64,000 nt of DNA from Alphaproteobacteria bacterium (lineage in GTDB: Bacteria; Pseudomonadota; Alphaproteobacteria; UBA828), in NCBI GenBank assembly GCA_965237415.1, contig CBDEFM010000002.1, forward strand, positions 3,744,001 to 3,808,000, given 5' to 3'. The stretch's first letter is position 1; each line of letters opens with the position of its first letter. Shown piece after piece: positions 20,698 through 29,597 of this stretch. Below the pieces are notes generated by a model, which was not told where the DNA came from, did not search any database, and saw nothing but the letters and a program-made list of their open reading frames with translations. The position numbers and the translations under genes are program-made.

Positions 20698-21969
20698 TCA
20701 GTCCCACGCCTTTAGCTTGCTGATATCCCAAGCTTTCTCTGCCCGGTACTTCTCAAGAAACTCCAGCTTACCTTTACCCTGCACCTCGAAGAAGGTGAAC
20801 GGCCTGCGGTTCTGGATGTGCGTGTCCGCTGTCCATGTGGTGACACCGATCAGGAGTGGTGCGTCCGTGAAGGTCTCCATCGCCTCGACGACCGCCATCG
20901 GCTCGTCTGTGCCCGCCTGCTCAAGTGCTTTGACGTAAGCTTGCACCATACTGTAGCCGAGGTAAACGTGCGAGGATGGCGGCATTTCACCGTACTTCGC
21001 CTGATAGCGCTCCAGGAACACCTTTTCCTGCGGCGTGAAGTTCTCGGGCGAGAAGACATTGCCATGCGTACCATGGTAATAGTTCTTGAGCCCCGGCACA
21101 GAGTCCATCCAGAACTGGCCCGCATAGGACTCTGAGGTTAGCACTGGTGTCTCGATTCCCGCAGCCCTGATTTGTCGCAGCGCGGAGGCGCCACCTGGGA
21201 TGTAGGAACAGATCATCATGACGTCGGGCTCGGGATCAATCGCCTTATACTGGGTAATCTGAGCGGCGATCGACGGATCGTCCTGCTTGAAGACATCCTG
21301 GCCGACAAGCTCGGCGCCCTCCAGTTCTTGCCAGCGCTCATTGAAGCCAACGCAAAGCGACTTGTCATACTCGATTGAGTTATCGAGGAGCGAATACGCT
21401 CGGCGCCAGCCCTTTCGATTATAGCCCCACTCGGCGAGCACATAGCCCTGGGCGTTGGCCGCGGTCGACATGGTAAAGATCGTCGGACCGATGCCCTGAA
21501 CGCCGATCTTGGGATCGGAACCGCATACGGAGACACCGACAATTCCCGCCGCCGCATATTGCAGGGCGGCAGGACCACCCATGTCGTAGTCGCACGAGAA
21601 GGCGGCAAATTTTGCGCCGCCTTGAACCATTTCAGCGCCGCATTTGGCGCCCTGTTCGCGGTCCGCTTTTGTATCGCACTTGATGATTTCCAGTTTGCGC
21701 CCACCAAGCACGCCGTTGTTCGTGTTAACCTGCGGAACGCCCAAAATGTCCGCGTCGATGAGCTGACCGGCGTTTACGTCGTCGACGGCGATCTCCATGG
21801 CTCTCTGTGGTTGGCCGTCATAGGTCAGCATCCAGTTCGAGAAATCCAGAGCCTGGCCGATGATGATCGGGTCGCTCTCGGCGCTCGCTTTCTGCGGCCC
21901 GACGAGAGCGCTCAGCGAAAGCACGAGGGCCAGCGCCGAGGTCAGAAGGGCAATCTTTGGCATTGACAT
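20698..21969 (-). CDS. Liv-type substrate-binding protein
   Basis: Signal peptide, GVLGGRKLEII, position in operon. Confidence 0.88.
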   Translation of the reverse strand: MSMPKIALLTSALALVLSLSALVGPQKASAESDPIIIGQALDFSNWMLTYDGQPQRAMEIAVDDVNAGQLIDADILGVPQVNTNNGVLGGRKLEIIKCDTKADREQGAKCGAEMVQGGAKFAAFSCDYDMGGPAALQYAAAGIVGVSVCGSDPKIGVQGIGPTIFTMSTAANAQGYVLAEWGYNRKGWRRAYSLLDNSIEYDKSLCVGFNERWQELEGAELVGQDVFKQDDPSIAAQITQYKAIDPEPDVMMICSYIPGGASALRQIRAAGIETPVLTSESYAGQFWMDSVPGLKNYYHGTHGNVFSPENFTPQEKVFLERYQAKYGEMPPSSHVYLGYSMVQAYVKALEQAGTDEPMAVVEAMETFTDAPLLIGVTTWTADTHIQNRRPFTFFEVQGKGKLEFLEKYRAEKAWDISKLKAWD

Positions 21970-22150
21970 CTCCCTAGGTGGCCGCGCCTCCCGGGTTTGT
22001 GCTTCTTGATTTTCCCCTGTCTTCGTCGCGCCACCGACACCCGCCGGGACGCAACGACGAGGCGGGTGCCACGTCTGTTGCCCCCCATTCTGACGGTTGT
22101 CGACCATGGTCGGCAAGGAGAATCCATCAGAAAAGAGAATCCATCAGAAA

Positions 22151-22300
22151 CCTGCCTATTCTTGATGATCCACCGTGGTCCGCACGTGTTCCTAACGTGT
22201 TCTGGAACATGAAGGTCATGATCATCGGGCTCAAGGTTGCGTTGCGCGTGCCCGGTCTTGAGTGACGAGGCGTGTCGCGAAGCGTTGGCCCAGAAGAGCT
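22151..22300 (+). mobile_element. Degenerate IS1595-like 5' end
   Basis: CCTGCCTAT end; diverged, frameshifted copy of 22685-22883. Confidence 0.65.
22188..22202. promoter_or_regulatory. Alphaproteobacterial LexA box
   Basis: GTTC-CTAACGT-GTTC. Confidence 0.6.
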
Positions 22301-22513
22301 CAAGCGGTCCGCGCGCGCCGGCCGCCCGCAGAGAGGCCATGGCATGGACTGGTTTGCCGGGTTGAAGTTTGTGCTGTCGACCGAGATTGGGAGGAGGAGG
22401 CGGTGGCAGCCCAGGTGCCGCCGCTGCCGCTGGGAATCTCACCCAGATTGACGCGCGGCTCTCACCCTGATCGCCGCGCCATAGGCGCGTGTGATTGCGG
22501 CTCTGGAGCGGCG

Positions 22514-22684
22514 ATGATCCCGGTTCCGAGCGGTGTGCGGGTGTGGCTCGCGACAGGTGCGACGGACATGCGTCGCGGCATGAACACGCTGGCGCTTCAG
22601 GTTCAGCAGGACCTGGGACGCGATCCCCATGCGGGGGATTTGTATGTGTTCCGCGGTCGCAGAGGCGACCTGATCAAGATCCTA
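22514..22684 (+). pseudogene. tnpB: IS66 TnpB accessory protein, N-terminal half
   Basis: MIPVPSGVRVWLATGATDMRRG...DLYVFRGRRGDLIKIL. Confidence 0.9.
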
Positions 22685-22883
22685 CCTGCTTATCCGTGTC
22701 ACTCCGCCTGTGGGGATGTATGTTCTCAATATGTTCTGTATGAGGGGGTCACGGTTATGGGGTTCAAGGTTGCATCGCGCGTGCGTGGTTTGAGCGACGA
22801 GGCGTTTCGCGAGGCCTTCGGTACCGAGGAGCAGTGCCGCGCGGCGCTGCTCCGGCTGCGCTGGCCGGACGGCTTCCTCTGCC
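22685..22883 (+). mobile_element. IS1595-like 5' end with transposase zinc-ribbon start (ATG 22757), cut by IS21
   Basis: CCTGCTTAT end; FREAFGTEEQCRAALLRLRWPDGFLC. Confidence 0.8.
22722..22736. promoter_or_regulatory. Alphaproteobacterial LexA box
   Basis: GTTC-TCAATAT-GTTC, 20 bp upstream of the transposase ATG. Confidence 0.65.
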
Positions 22884-23908
22884 TGTTAACGGCGGAGGAA
22901 TAATGCTCCACGCGGAGCGATCGGACGGTCCGGTCGCGGCGGCGCAAAAATGCGCCAACCATGGTCCTTTGTCGGTTGCGACGAGGGGCGGGGGATGTAC
23001 GGCGTGGAGCTCTATGCGGCGGTTCGACTGGCGGTTGTCGACGAGGGTTTGAGCCATCACGAGGCGGGCCGTCGGTTCGGCATCGACCGTCGCACGGTGA
23101 AGAAGATGCTGAGCTACTCGGCGCCGCCGGGCTACCGCCGGACGAAGCCGGTCAGGCGGCCCAAGCTGGACGGGTTCACCGGCATCGTCGACGCGATCCT
23201 GGAGGCGGACACGGATCCGGATGTGCCGCGCAAGCAGCGCCACACGGCGCACCGGATCTTCGAGCGGCTGCGGGACGAGTACGGGTTCACCGGCGGCTAT
23301 ACCATCCAGACCGTGTGAAAACGTCATTGAATTCAGATTTTCGAGTAAGTCTGCTTGATTTCTGAAAAGTGCAGCCTGCTAAGTCATTGATTTCATTAAC
23401 ACTGAAAATTCAACCAATGGGCTGAAATCACATTTCGAGCGATTCTCCGACGTTTTGACACAGTCTGCATCGTGAAGGACTATGTGCGTTCCCGGCGGCA
23501 ATCGACGCGCGAGGCCTTCGTTCCACTGCATCACCCGCCGGGCCATGCCCAGGTCGACTTCGGCGAGGCGGTGGTGGAGCTGCGGGGGCAGCGGGAGAAG
23601 GTCGCCTTCTTCTGCCTGATCCTGCCCCATTCCAACGTCTGGTTCGTCAAGGCCTATCCGAGGGAGACGACCGAGGCCTTCCTCGACGGCCATGTCAGCG
23701 CCTTCGCCTTCCTCGGCGGGGTTCCGCGCTCGATCCTCTACGACAACACCACCCTTGCGGTGGCGCGGATCCTGGGCGACGGCACGCGCCGCAGGACGCA
23801 GGCGTTCTCACATCTTCAGTCGCACTACCTGTTCCGCGACCGCTTCGGCCGGCCCGGCAAAGGCAACGACAAGGGGAAGGTGGAGGCCCTGGTGAAGACG
23901 GCGCGGCG
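22884..23908 (+). mobile_element. istA: IS21 partial copy: left end plus interrupted, truncated istA
   Basis: TGTTAACGGCGGAGGAATAATG end; near-identical to 28165-29018 in reverse. Confidence 0.92.
23307..23467. mobile_element. 161-bp MITE inside istA
   Basis: TIRs CAGACCGTGTGAAAACGTC / GACGTTTTGACACAGTCTG; CATC duplication; empty site ACCATCGTG seen in the intact istA. Confidence 0.92.
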
Positions 23909-24090
23909 TGTCAACGGCGGCGAGATTATGTACCGGCGCGGCGGCGTAAAAATGTACCACGGGCTCGGTGGTAGCTTGTCCGCGTAGTCCACGGGAGGGA
24001 CCCGCGCGCGCGGGTCGACGCGCCCTGTGCGCGGCTGGCGGCGGCCCGCGCGTGGGTGGGGCCTATGGGCCCACGGGGACAAGCGGGGGG

Positions 24091-24523
24091 TTATTCGGAC
24101 GGGCGCTGGCGTCGCGATCGGCTCTGCCTGAGCCGGTAGCTGTCTGCGTTCATCTCCAGGATATGGACATGGTGGGTGATGCGGTCGAGCAGCGCGCCGG
24201 TGAGGCGCTCGCTGGCGAAGACCGTTGTCCATTCCTGGAAGGGCAGGTTTGAGGTCACGATTGTGGCGCCGTTTTCGTAGCGCCGGCTGAAGACGTCGAA
24301 CAGCAGTTCGCTTCCGGTCTGCGAGAGGGGCACGTAGCCGAGCTCGTCGACGATCAGGAGATTGACCCTGGCGAGCTGGTCCTGGAGGCGGAGGAGCCTC
24401 TTCTCGTCGCGCGCCTCGATCATCTCGTGGACCAGGTGAGAGGCGGTGGTGAAGCGCACGGAGAGGCCCTTCTGGCAGGCGGCAAGCCCGAGGGCGAGCG
24501 CGACATGCGTCTTGCCGACGCCT
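24091..24523 (-). pseudogene. istB: istB 3' part
   Basis: GVGKTH, LLIVDELG, ALLDRI. Confidence 0.92.
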
Positions 24524-24525
24524 GA

Positions 24526-24998
24526 CGGAACAGCCACACACTGCCCGATACCAGGGCGGTCCGACGAAGATCCACTACCCCTTCCACCCCCGCACGGGCC
24601 AGCGCGTGGAAGTGGTTCGGCGCCACCGCTTCAAGGGGACCATGATCTACGTCGTCCGCCAGCCGGATGGCACGCTGGCGCAGATACCGACCTGGATGTG
24701 CTTTCCAGACGCGGCGGCGATGACGGTGACGGATCAGCCGCGGATCGCGCTGGACGCCCTGCGCGACCTCCGTTCGGACATCGACGCTGTTCTACCATCG
24801 CCCTCCCGCATGGATTTGGGAGGGCGACATGGGAAGACAGGGAGAGCTGTTGGAACTACTGGAGCCGGGTCCGGCACTCACGCCGGCGATGCGAGGGGCG
24901 GTAATCCCGATACTGGCGGCGCTGCTGCTCGAAGCGGCAGCGAACCCGACGGAGGACATGGCGGACGGGACGGCCACGGAGAAGGAGGCGGGCGATGA
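24526..24998 (+). CDS. DUF5372/Y4bD-like accessory ORF whose start lies at the other end of the element
   Basis: Open frame EQPHTARYQGGPTKIHYPFHPRTGQRVEVVRR; stop overlaps the recombinase ATG. Confidence 0.65.
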
Positions 24999-25014
24999 AC
25001 AAGATCGCGCCTGA
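24829..25014 (+). CDS. Small accessory ORF
   Basis: RBS GGAGG; conserved with copy 1. Confidence 0.55.
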   Translation: MGRQGELLELLEPGPALTPAMRGAVIPILAALLLEAAANPTEDMADGTATEKEAGDEQDRA

Positions 25015-27054
25015 CCATCTGGCGCGCGAGGCGGTCGTCTACATTCGGCAGTCGACGCCGGACCAGCTGCGGCACAACCACGAGAGCCGCCGTCGTCAGT
25101 ACGGCCTTGCGGATCGGGCTCGCGGTCTGGGCTGGGACGAGCCCGTGATTATCGACGAGGATCTCGGCCGCTCTGGAGGCGGAACGTCGCGGCCGGGCTT
25201 CGATCGGCTGCTGCTGGCGATCTGCGAAGGGCGCGTCGGCATCGTGCTGTCGCTGGAGGCTTCGAGGCTCGCTCGAAACGGCCGCGACTGGCACACGCTG
25301 CTGGAGTTCTGCGCGCTTGTGGGCTGCCTGCTGGGCGACGAGGACGGCTTGTATGATCCTCGCCTGCCGAACGACCGTCTATTGCTGGGTATGAAGGGGA
25401 CGCTGTCGGAGATGGAGCTCTCGACGCTGCGCCAGCGCTCGCTCGAGGCGCTGCGCCTGAAGGCGTCCCGTGGCGAGCTATTCCTCAGCGTCGCGGTGGG
25501 CTACGTGAAGGTCCGATGCGACCGGATCGCCAAGGATCCCGACCGGCGCGTGCGTGAGGCAATCGATCTCGTGTTCCGCAAGTTCGCGGAGTTCCGGAGC
25601 ATCCGCCAGGTCCACCTCTGGCTGCGGCAGGAGGAAGTGCTGCTGCCGGCCGTCAGGATCGTTGGCAAGGAGCGCCATATTGTCTGGAAGCCGCCGGTCT
25701 ACGGCACCGTCCACAAGCTGATGACCAACCCCGTCTACGCCGGCGCGTACGCGTTTGGCCGGACGGAGAGCCGCGTGACCGTCGAGAACGGACGCAAGCG
25801 CGTCACGCGCGGCTTTCGCCGCGATCGCGCGGACTGGGACGTGTTGATCCGCGATCACCACGAAGGCTACGTTTCCTGGGACGAGTACGAGAGGAACCAG
25901 CGTCTGATCGCCGACAACGCCAACTGCGGGGCTTGATGGCAAGGGGCGCCGTGCGCCGCGGCGATGCGCTGCTCGCGGGCCTGCTGCGCTGCGGACACTG
26001 CGGCCGGCGTGTGCACGTCCACTACAGCGGCACCAAGGGGTACTGCGTCCGTTACGGCTGCCAAGGCGCGCATGTCAACCACGGCACCAGGCCGTGCATC
26101 GCCTTCGGCGGCTTGCGCGTGGATACTGCGGTCGGCGATGCAGTGCTGCGACTGCTATCTCCGCTCGGCGTCGAAGCGGCGCTGGCCGCCATCGAGACCC
26201 GTGAGAGCGACAACGCCGAGATCCGACGGCAGGCGGAGCTGGCGCTGACGCAGGCGCGCTACGAGGCCGATCTGGCACAGCGCCAATACGATGCCGTCGA
26301 TCCAGCTAACCGCCTTGTCGCGGCCGAGCTGGAGCGACGGTGGAACGACCGGCTGGCGGATGTGCGCCGGCAGGAGGAGCGGCTCGCCGCCACTGCGGCC
26401 GCCCGTCCGGAGGCACCGTCATGCGCGGAGAAACAGCGCTTGATGGCGCTGGGCGATGATCTCTCGACGGCGTGGTCGCGCCCCGATGCCACCGCCGAGA
26501 CGCGCAAGGCCATCCTGCGCGCGGTTCTGGAGGAGATCGTCGTCACGCTGGCCGATGGCTGCGTTGACCTTCTTCTCCACTGGCGTGGCGGCGACCACAC
26601 GCGTCTGAGCGTGCCGCGCAACCGTAGGGGACAGCATCGCTGGGCGGCGAGCGCCGAGGTGGTCGACCTGGTTCGCGGACTGGCGAGGCAGCTGCCGGAC
26701 GGCGCGATCGCGGCCACGCTCAACCGCCTCGGCAAGAAGACCGGGCGAGGCAACTCGTGGACGGAAGCGCGGGTGCGCACCTTCCGCAATAGCCGTGGCG
26801 TTGCCGTCTTCCGATCAGGCGAGATGGCGGAGCGGGGCGAGCTGACGCTGACCGATGCCGCCGCACGGCTCGGCATCAGCAAGATGACGGTGCTGCGGTT
26901 GATTGCGGGCGGCACAATCGACGCCACGCAGGTGTGCAAGGGAGGGCCATGGGCCATCCCGGAGGCGCTGATAGACGCCCTGTACGGCACTGACCTGCGC
27001 CAATCGCGCCCGCTAACAGCCGATCCGAACCAGGAACAGCTGGATTTTCAATAA
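24995..27054 (+). pseudogene. Large serine recombinase with a 1-bp frameshift near 25928
   Basis: AACTGCGGGGCTTGATG versus AACTGCCGGGGCCTGATG in copy 1; C-terminal HTH and terminal QLDFQ. Confidence 0.9.
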
Positions 27055-27086
27055 CGTAGCGAGGTGTGCATTATGCACTCGGACTC

Positions 27087-27418
27087 GAGGGCCCGAGCAG
27101 GATCGCGTTCTCGCGCCGCTCGATCCACTCGCAGCGCGCCAACTCCAGCACCTGCGCCTTGTTCAGCGCGGGGATGGCCTTGAAGTCGAAGCTGTCGAGG
27201 CTCTTGGCGACCGGGAACTTCGCCGCCTTGATGCGCCGCTCGACCATGCGCCGTTCGCGATCGATCAGTTCCAGCTCCACCAGCCGGGCCAGGAACTGAA
27301 CATGATCCAGGGCCTCGGCCGCGCACTGGCGCGCCAGTTTCTCGTACTCGCGCAGAAAGGTCGGCAGCTTCAGCTTCTTCAGATGATGCTCGAGCAGGAT
27401 GCGCGGCGCCTCAGCCAT
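27087..27418 (-). pseudogene. istB: istB 5' part
   Basis: LKKLKLP...RRIKAAKFP...ENAILLGPS. Confidence 0.92.
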
Positions 27419-28907
27419 GGCCGGCGGCCAGCAGGGTGGCGTAATCGGCGCTACGGGTGGCGGCGACGAAGGGCTGGGGGAGGTGCGGATAGCGTGTCAG
27501 GTCGAGACGGGCCGGCCGCTTCTCGATGCGCGCCAGCAGCAGGTGCTTGACCGCATCGAAGCCGATCACGCGCCGCTTCACCGCGTCCTGCACCGCGGCC
27601 GTCACCTGGCGCTCCGGAAAGTCCTCCAGCAGGCGCAGCACCTGGATGTATTCGCGCTTGCCGCGCGGCCCGAAGCGGGCTTCGAGGAGGCGGCGCAGCG
27701 TGTCGAAGGCCGGATCGAGCTTCCACCCCCGCAGCGGCGCCGCCTGGTCCAGGGCGCCCGGCTTCCTCTCCAGCAACGACAGATAGTGCAGCGGGTCGTA
27801 GACGACGTCGCCGCGGACATAGGAGCGCCTATGGCGGGCGACGATCTCGGCGCCGAGCGCGATCTCGACCCGGTCGACATAGCCCTTGATCGTCACCTTC
27901 TTGTGGGCGTGCACCGCCGGCGCCGAGTAGTCCACCAACCGGTAGCGCACCAGGGCCGTCGAGGAGACCTGGCCCGGCACATGCTCGCAGGCCTCGAAGG
28001 GAGAAGCCGGCAGATCGCGCAGGGCGTCGAGATCGGCGAGCAGCGCCGCCGCCTGCTCCCCTGCCTCCAGCGCGTCGAGCCGCTCCAGGCACCGAGCCAT
28101 CAGCCGCTCGTTCAGGACCGACAGGTCATGCACCTTCGGGATCGGAACCATGAACCGGCGCCGCGCCGTCTTCACCAGGGCCTCGACCTTGCCCTTGTCG
28201 TTGCCCTTGCCGGGCCGGCCGAAGCGGTCGCGGAACAGGTAGTGCGACTGAAGATGTGAGAACGCCTGCGTCCTGCGGCGCGTGCCGTCCCCCAGGATCC
28301 GCGCCACCGCAAGGGTGGTGTTGTCGTAGAGGATCGAGCGCGGAACCCCGCCGAGGAAGGCGAAGGCGCTGACATGGCCGTCGAGGAAGGCCTCGGTCGT
28401 CTCCCTCGGATAGGCCTTGACGAACCAGACGTTGGAATGGGGCAGGATCAGGCAGAAGAAGGCAACCTTCTCCCGCCTGCCTCCGACCTCGACCGTCGCC
28501 TCGCCGAAGTCGACCTGGGCATGGCCCGGCGGGTGATGCAGTGGAACGAAGGCCTCGCGCGTCGATTGCCGCCGGGAACGCACATAGTCCTTCACGATGG
28601 TGTAGCCGCCGGTGAACCCGTGCTCGTCCCGTAGCCGCTCGAAGATCCGATGCGCCGTGTGACGCTGCTTGCGCGGCACGTCCGGATCCGTGTCCGCCTC
28701 CAGGATCGCGTCGACGATGCCGGTGAACCCGTCCAGCTTGGGCCGCCTGACCGGCTTCGTCCGGCGGTAGCCCGGCGGTGCCGAGTAGCTCAGCATCTTC
28801 TTCACCGTCCGGCGGTCGATGCCGAACCGCCGGCCCGCCTCGTGATGGCTCAGACCCTCGTCGACAACCGCCAGTCGAACCGCCGCATAGAGCTCCACGC
28901 CGTACAT
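27411..28907 (-). CDS. istA: IS21 transposase IstA
   Basis: AQVDFG, LYDN, KGKVE. Confidence 0.95.
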   Translation of the reverse strand: MYGVELYAAVRLAVVDEGLSHHEAGRRFGIDRRTVKKMLSYSAPPGYRRTKPVRRPKLDGFTGIVDAILEADTDPDVPRKQRHTAHRIFERLRDEHGFTGGYTIVKDYVRSRRQSTREAFVPLHHPPGHAQVDFGEATVEVGGRREKVAFFCLILPHSNVWFVKAYPRETTEAFLDGHVSAFAFLGGVPRSILYDNTTLAVARILGDGTRRRTQAFSHLQSHYLFRDRFGRPGKGNDKGKVEALVKTARRRFMVPIPKVHDLSVLNERLMARCLERLDALEAGEQAAALLADLDALRDLPASPFEACEHVPGQVSSTALVRYRLVDYSAPAVHAHKKVTIKGYVDRVEIALGAEIVARHRRSYVRGDVVYDPLHYLSLLERKPGALDQAAPLRGWKLDPAFDTLRRLLEARFGPRGKREYIQVLRLLEDFPERQVTAAVQDAVKRRVIGFDAVKHLLLARIEKRPARLDLTRYPHLPQPFVAATRSADYATLLAAGHG

Positions 28908-29024
28908 CTCCTGCCCCTCGTCGCAACCGACAAGGGACCATGAGTGGCACAATTTTGCGCCGCCGCGACCGGACCGTCCGGTCGCTCCGCGTGGAGCATT
29001 ATTCCTCCGCCGTTAACAGGGGAG

Positions 29025-29100
<76 letters not shown>

Positions 29101-29248
29101 GGTGCTGCGGCCGGCGATCCTCGCGCCGGCCGAAAAGCGCGCGGATCATGCGGCGGTGTGCGCCGCCCTGTCAAGCGGCGGTGCCGGTTCCGGGTATAGT
29201 CAGGGACGCAATGCGGCTGCACCGTCGGGGACGGCCCGGCGCCGCTTC

Positions 29249-29593
29249 TCAATCGCTCTCTAATCTTTCCGCGGGAGGGACGGTGTCGGTCACCAGGTCG
29301 CGGATCACCCGCTTGTTGCGCAAGGGCTCGAGCGTCATGGCGCCGGGCCTGAGGCGGGCCGTGCAGGCGTAAGCGGTCTCGCCGTCGATCCGCATCGTGC
29401 ATTCCTTGCAGACGTTCGCGTTCGTGCAGCTGTAGCGGAAGGCGAGCGACGGGTCGCGGTTCTCGCGCAGCCAGATCAAGCCGTCGAGCACCGAGGCACC
29501 CGTCTCGTAGGGCACCGTGAAGGTCTCGATATCCTGAGCGAGGCCGGGCCCGCTGCGGGCGATGCGCAAGGTGGCGGTGGCGGTGTTGCTCAC
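29249..29593 (-). CDS. SdhB/FrdB-like 2Fe-2S protein (N-terminal domain only)
   Basis: DPSLAFRYSC...CKEC...AC, IRDLV. Confidence 0.85.
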   Translation of the reverse strand: MSNTATATLRIARSGPGLAQDIETFTVPYETGASVLDGLIWLRENRDPSLAFRYSCTNANVCKECTMRIDGETAYACTARLRPGAMTLEPLRNKRVIRDLVTDTVPPAERLESD

Positions 29594-29597
29594 GGGC

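Larger units (their letters stand above)
24524..27088 (+). mobile_element. Serine-recombinase element copy 2, both ends present
   Basis: GA at 24524-25 and 27087-88; removal restores a 765-nt istB reading LLGPSGVGKTH. Confidence 0.92.
23909..29018 (-). mobile_element. IS21-family element with both ends; istB interrupted
   Basis: Ends TGTCAACGGCGG (23909) and TGTTAACGGCGG (29018); no matching target duplication. Confidence 0.92.

Noticed and set aside
23572-23582. tRNA-Ala att duplicate (TGGTGGAGC)
   Set aside because: Only 9 bp and inside istA coding sequence; chance match.
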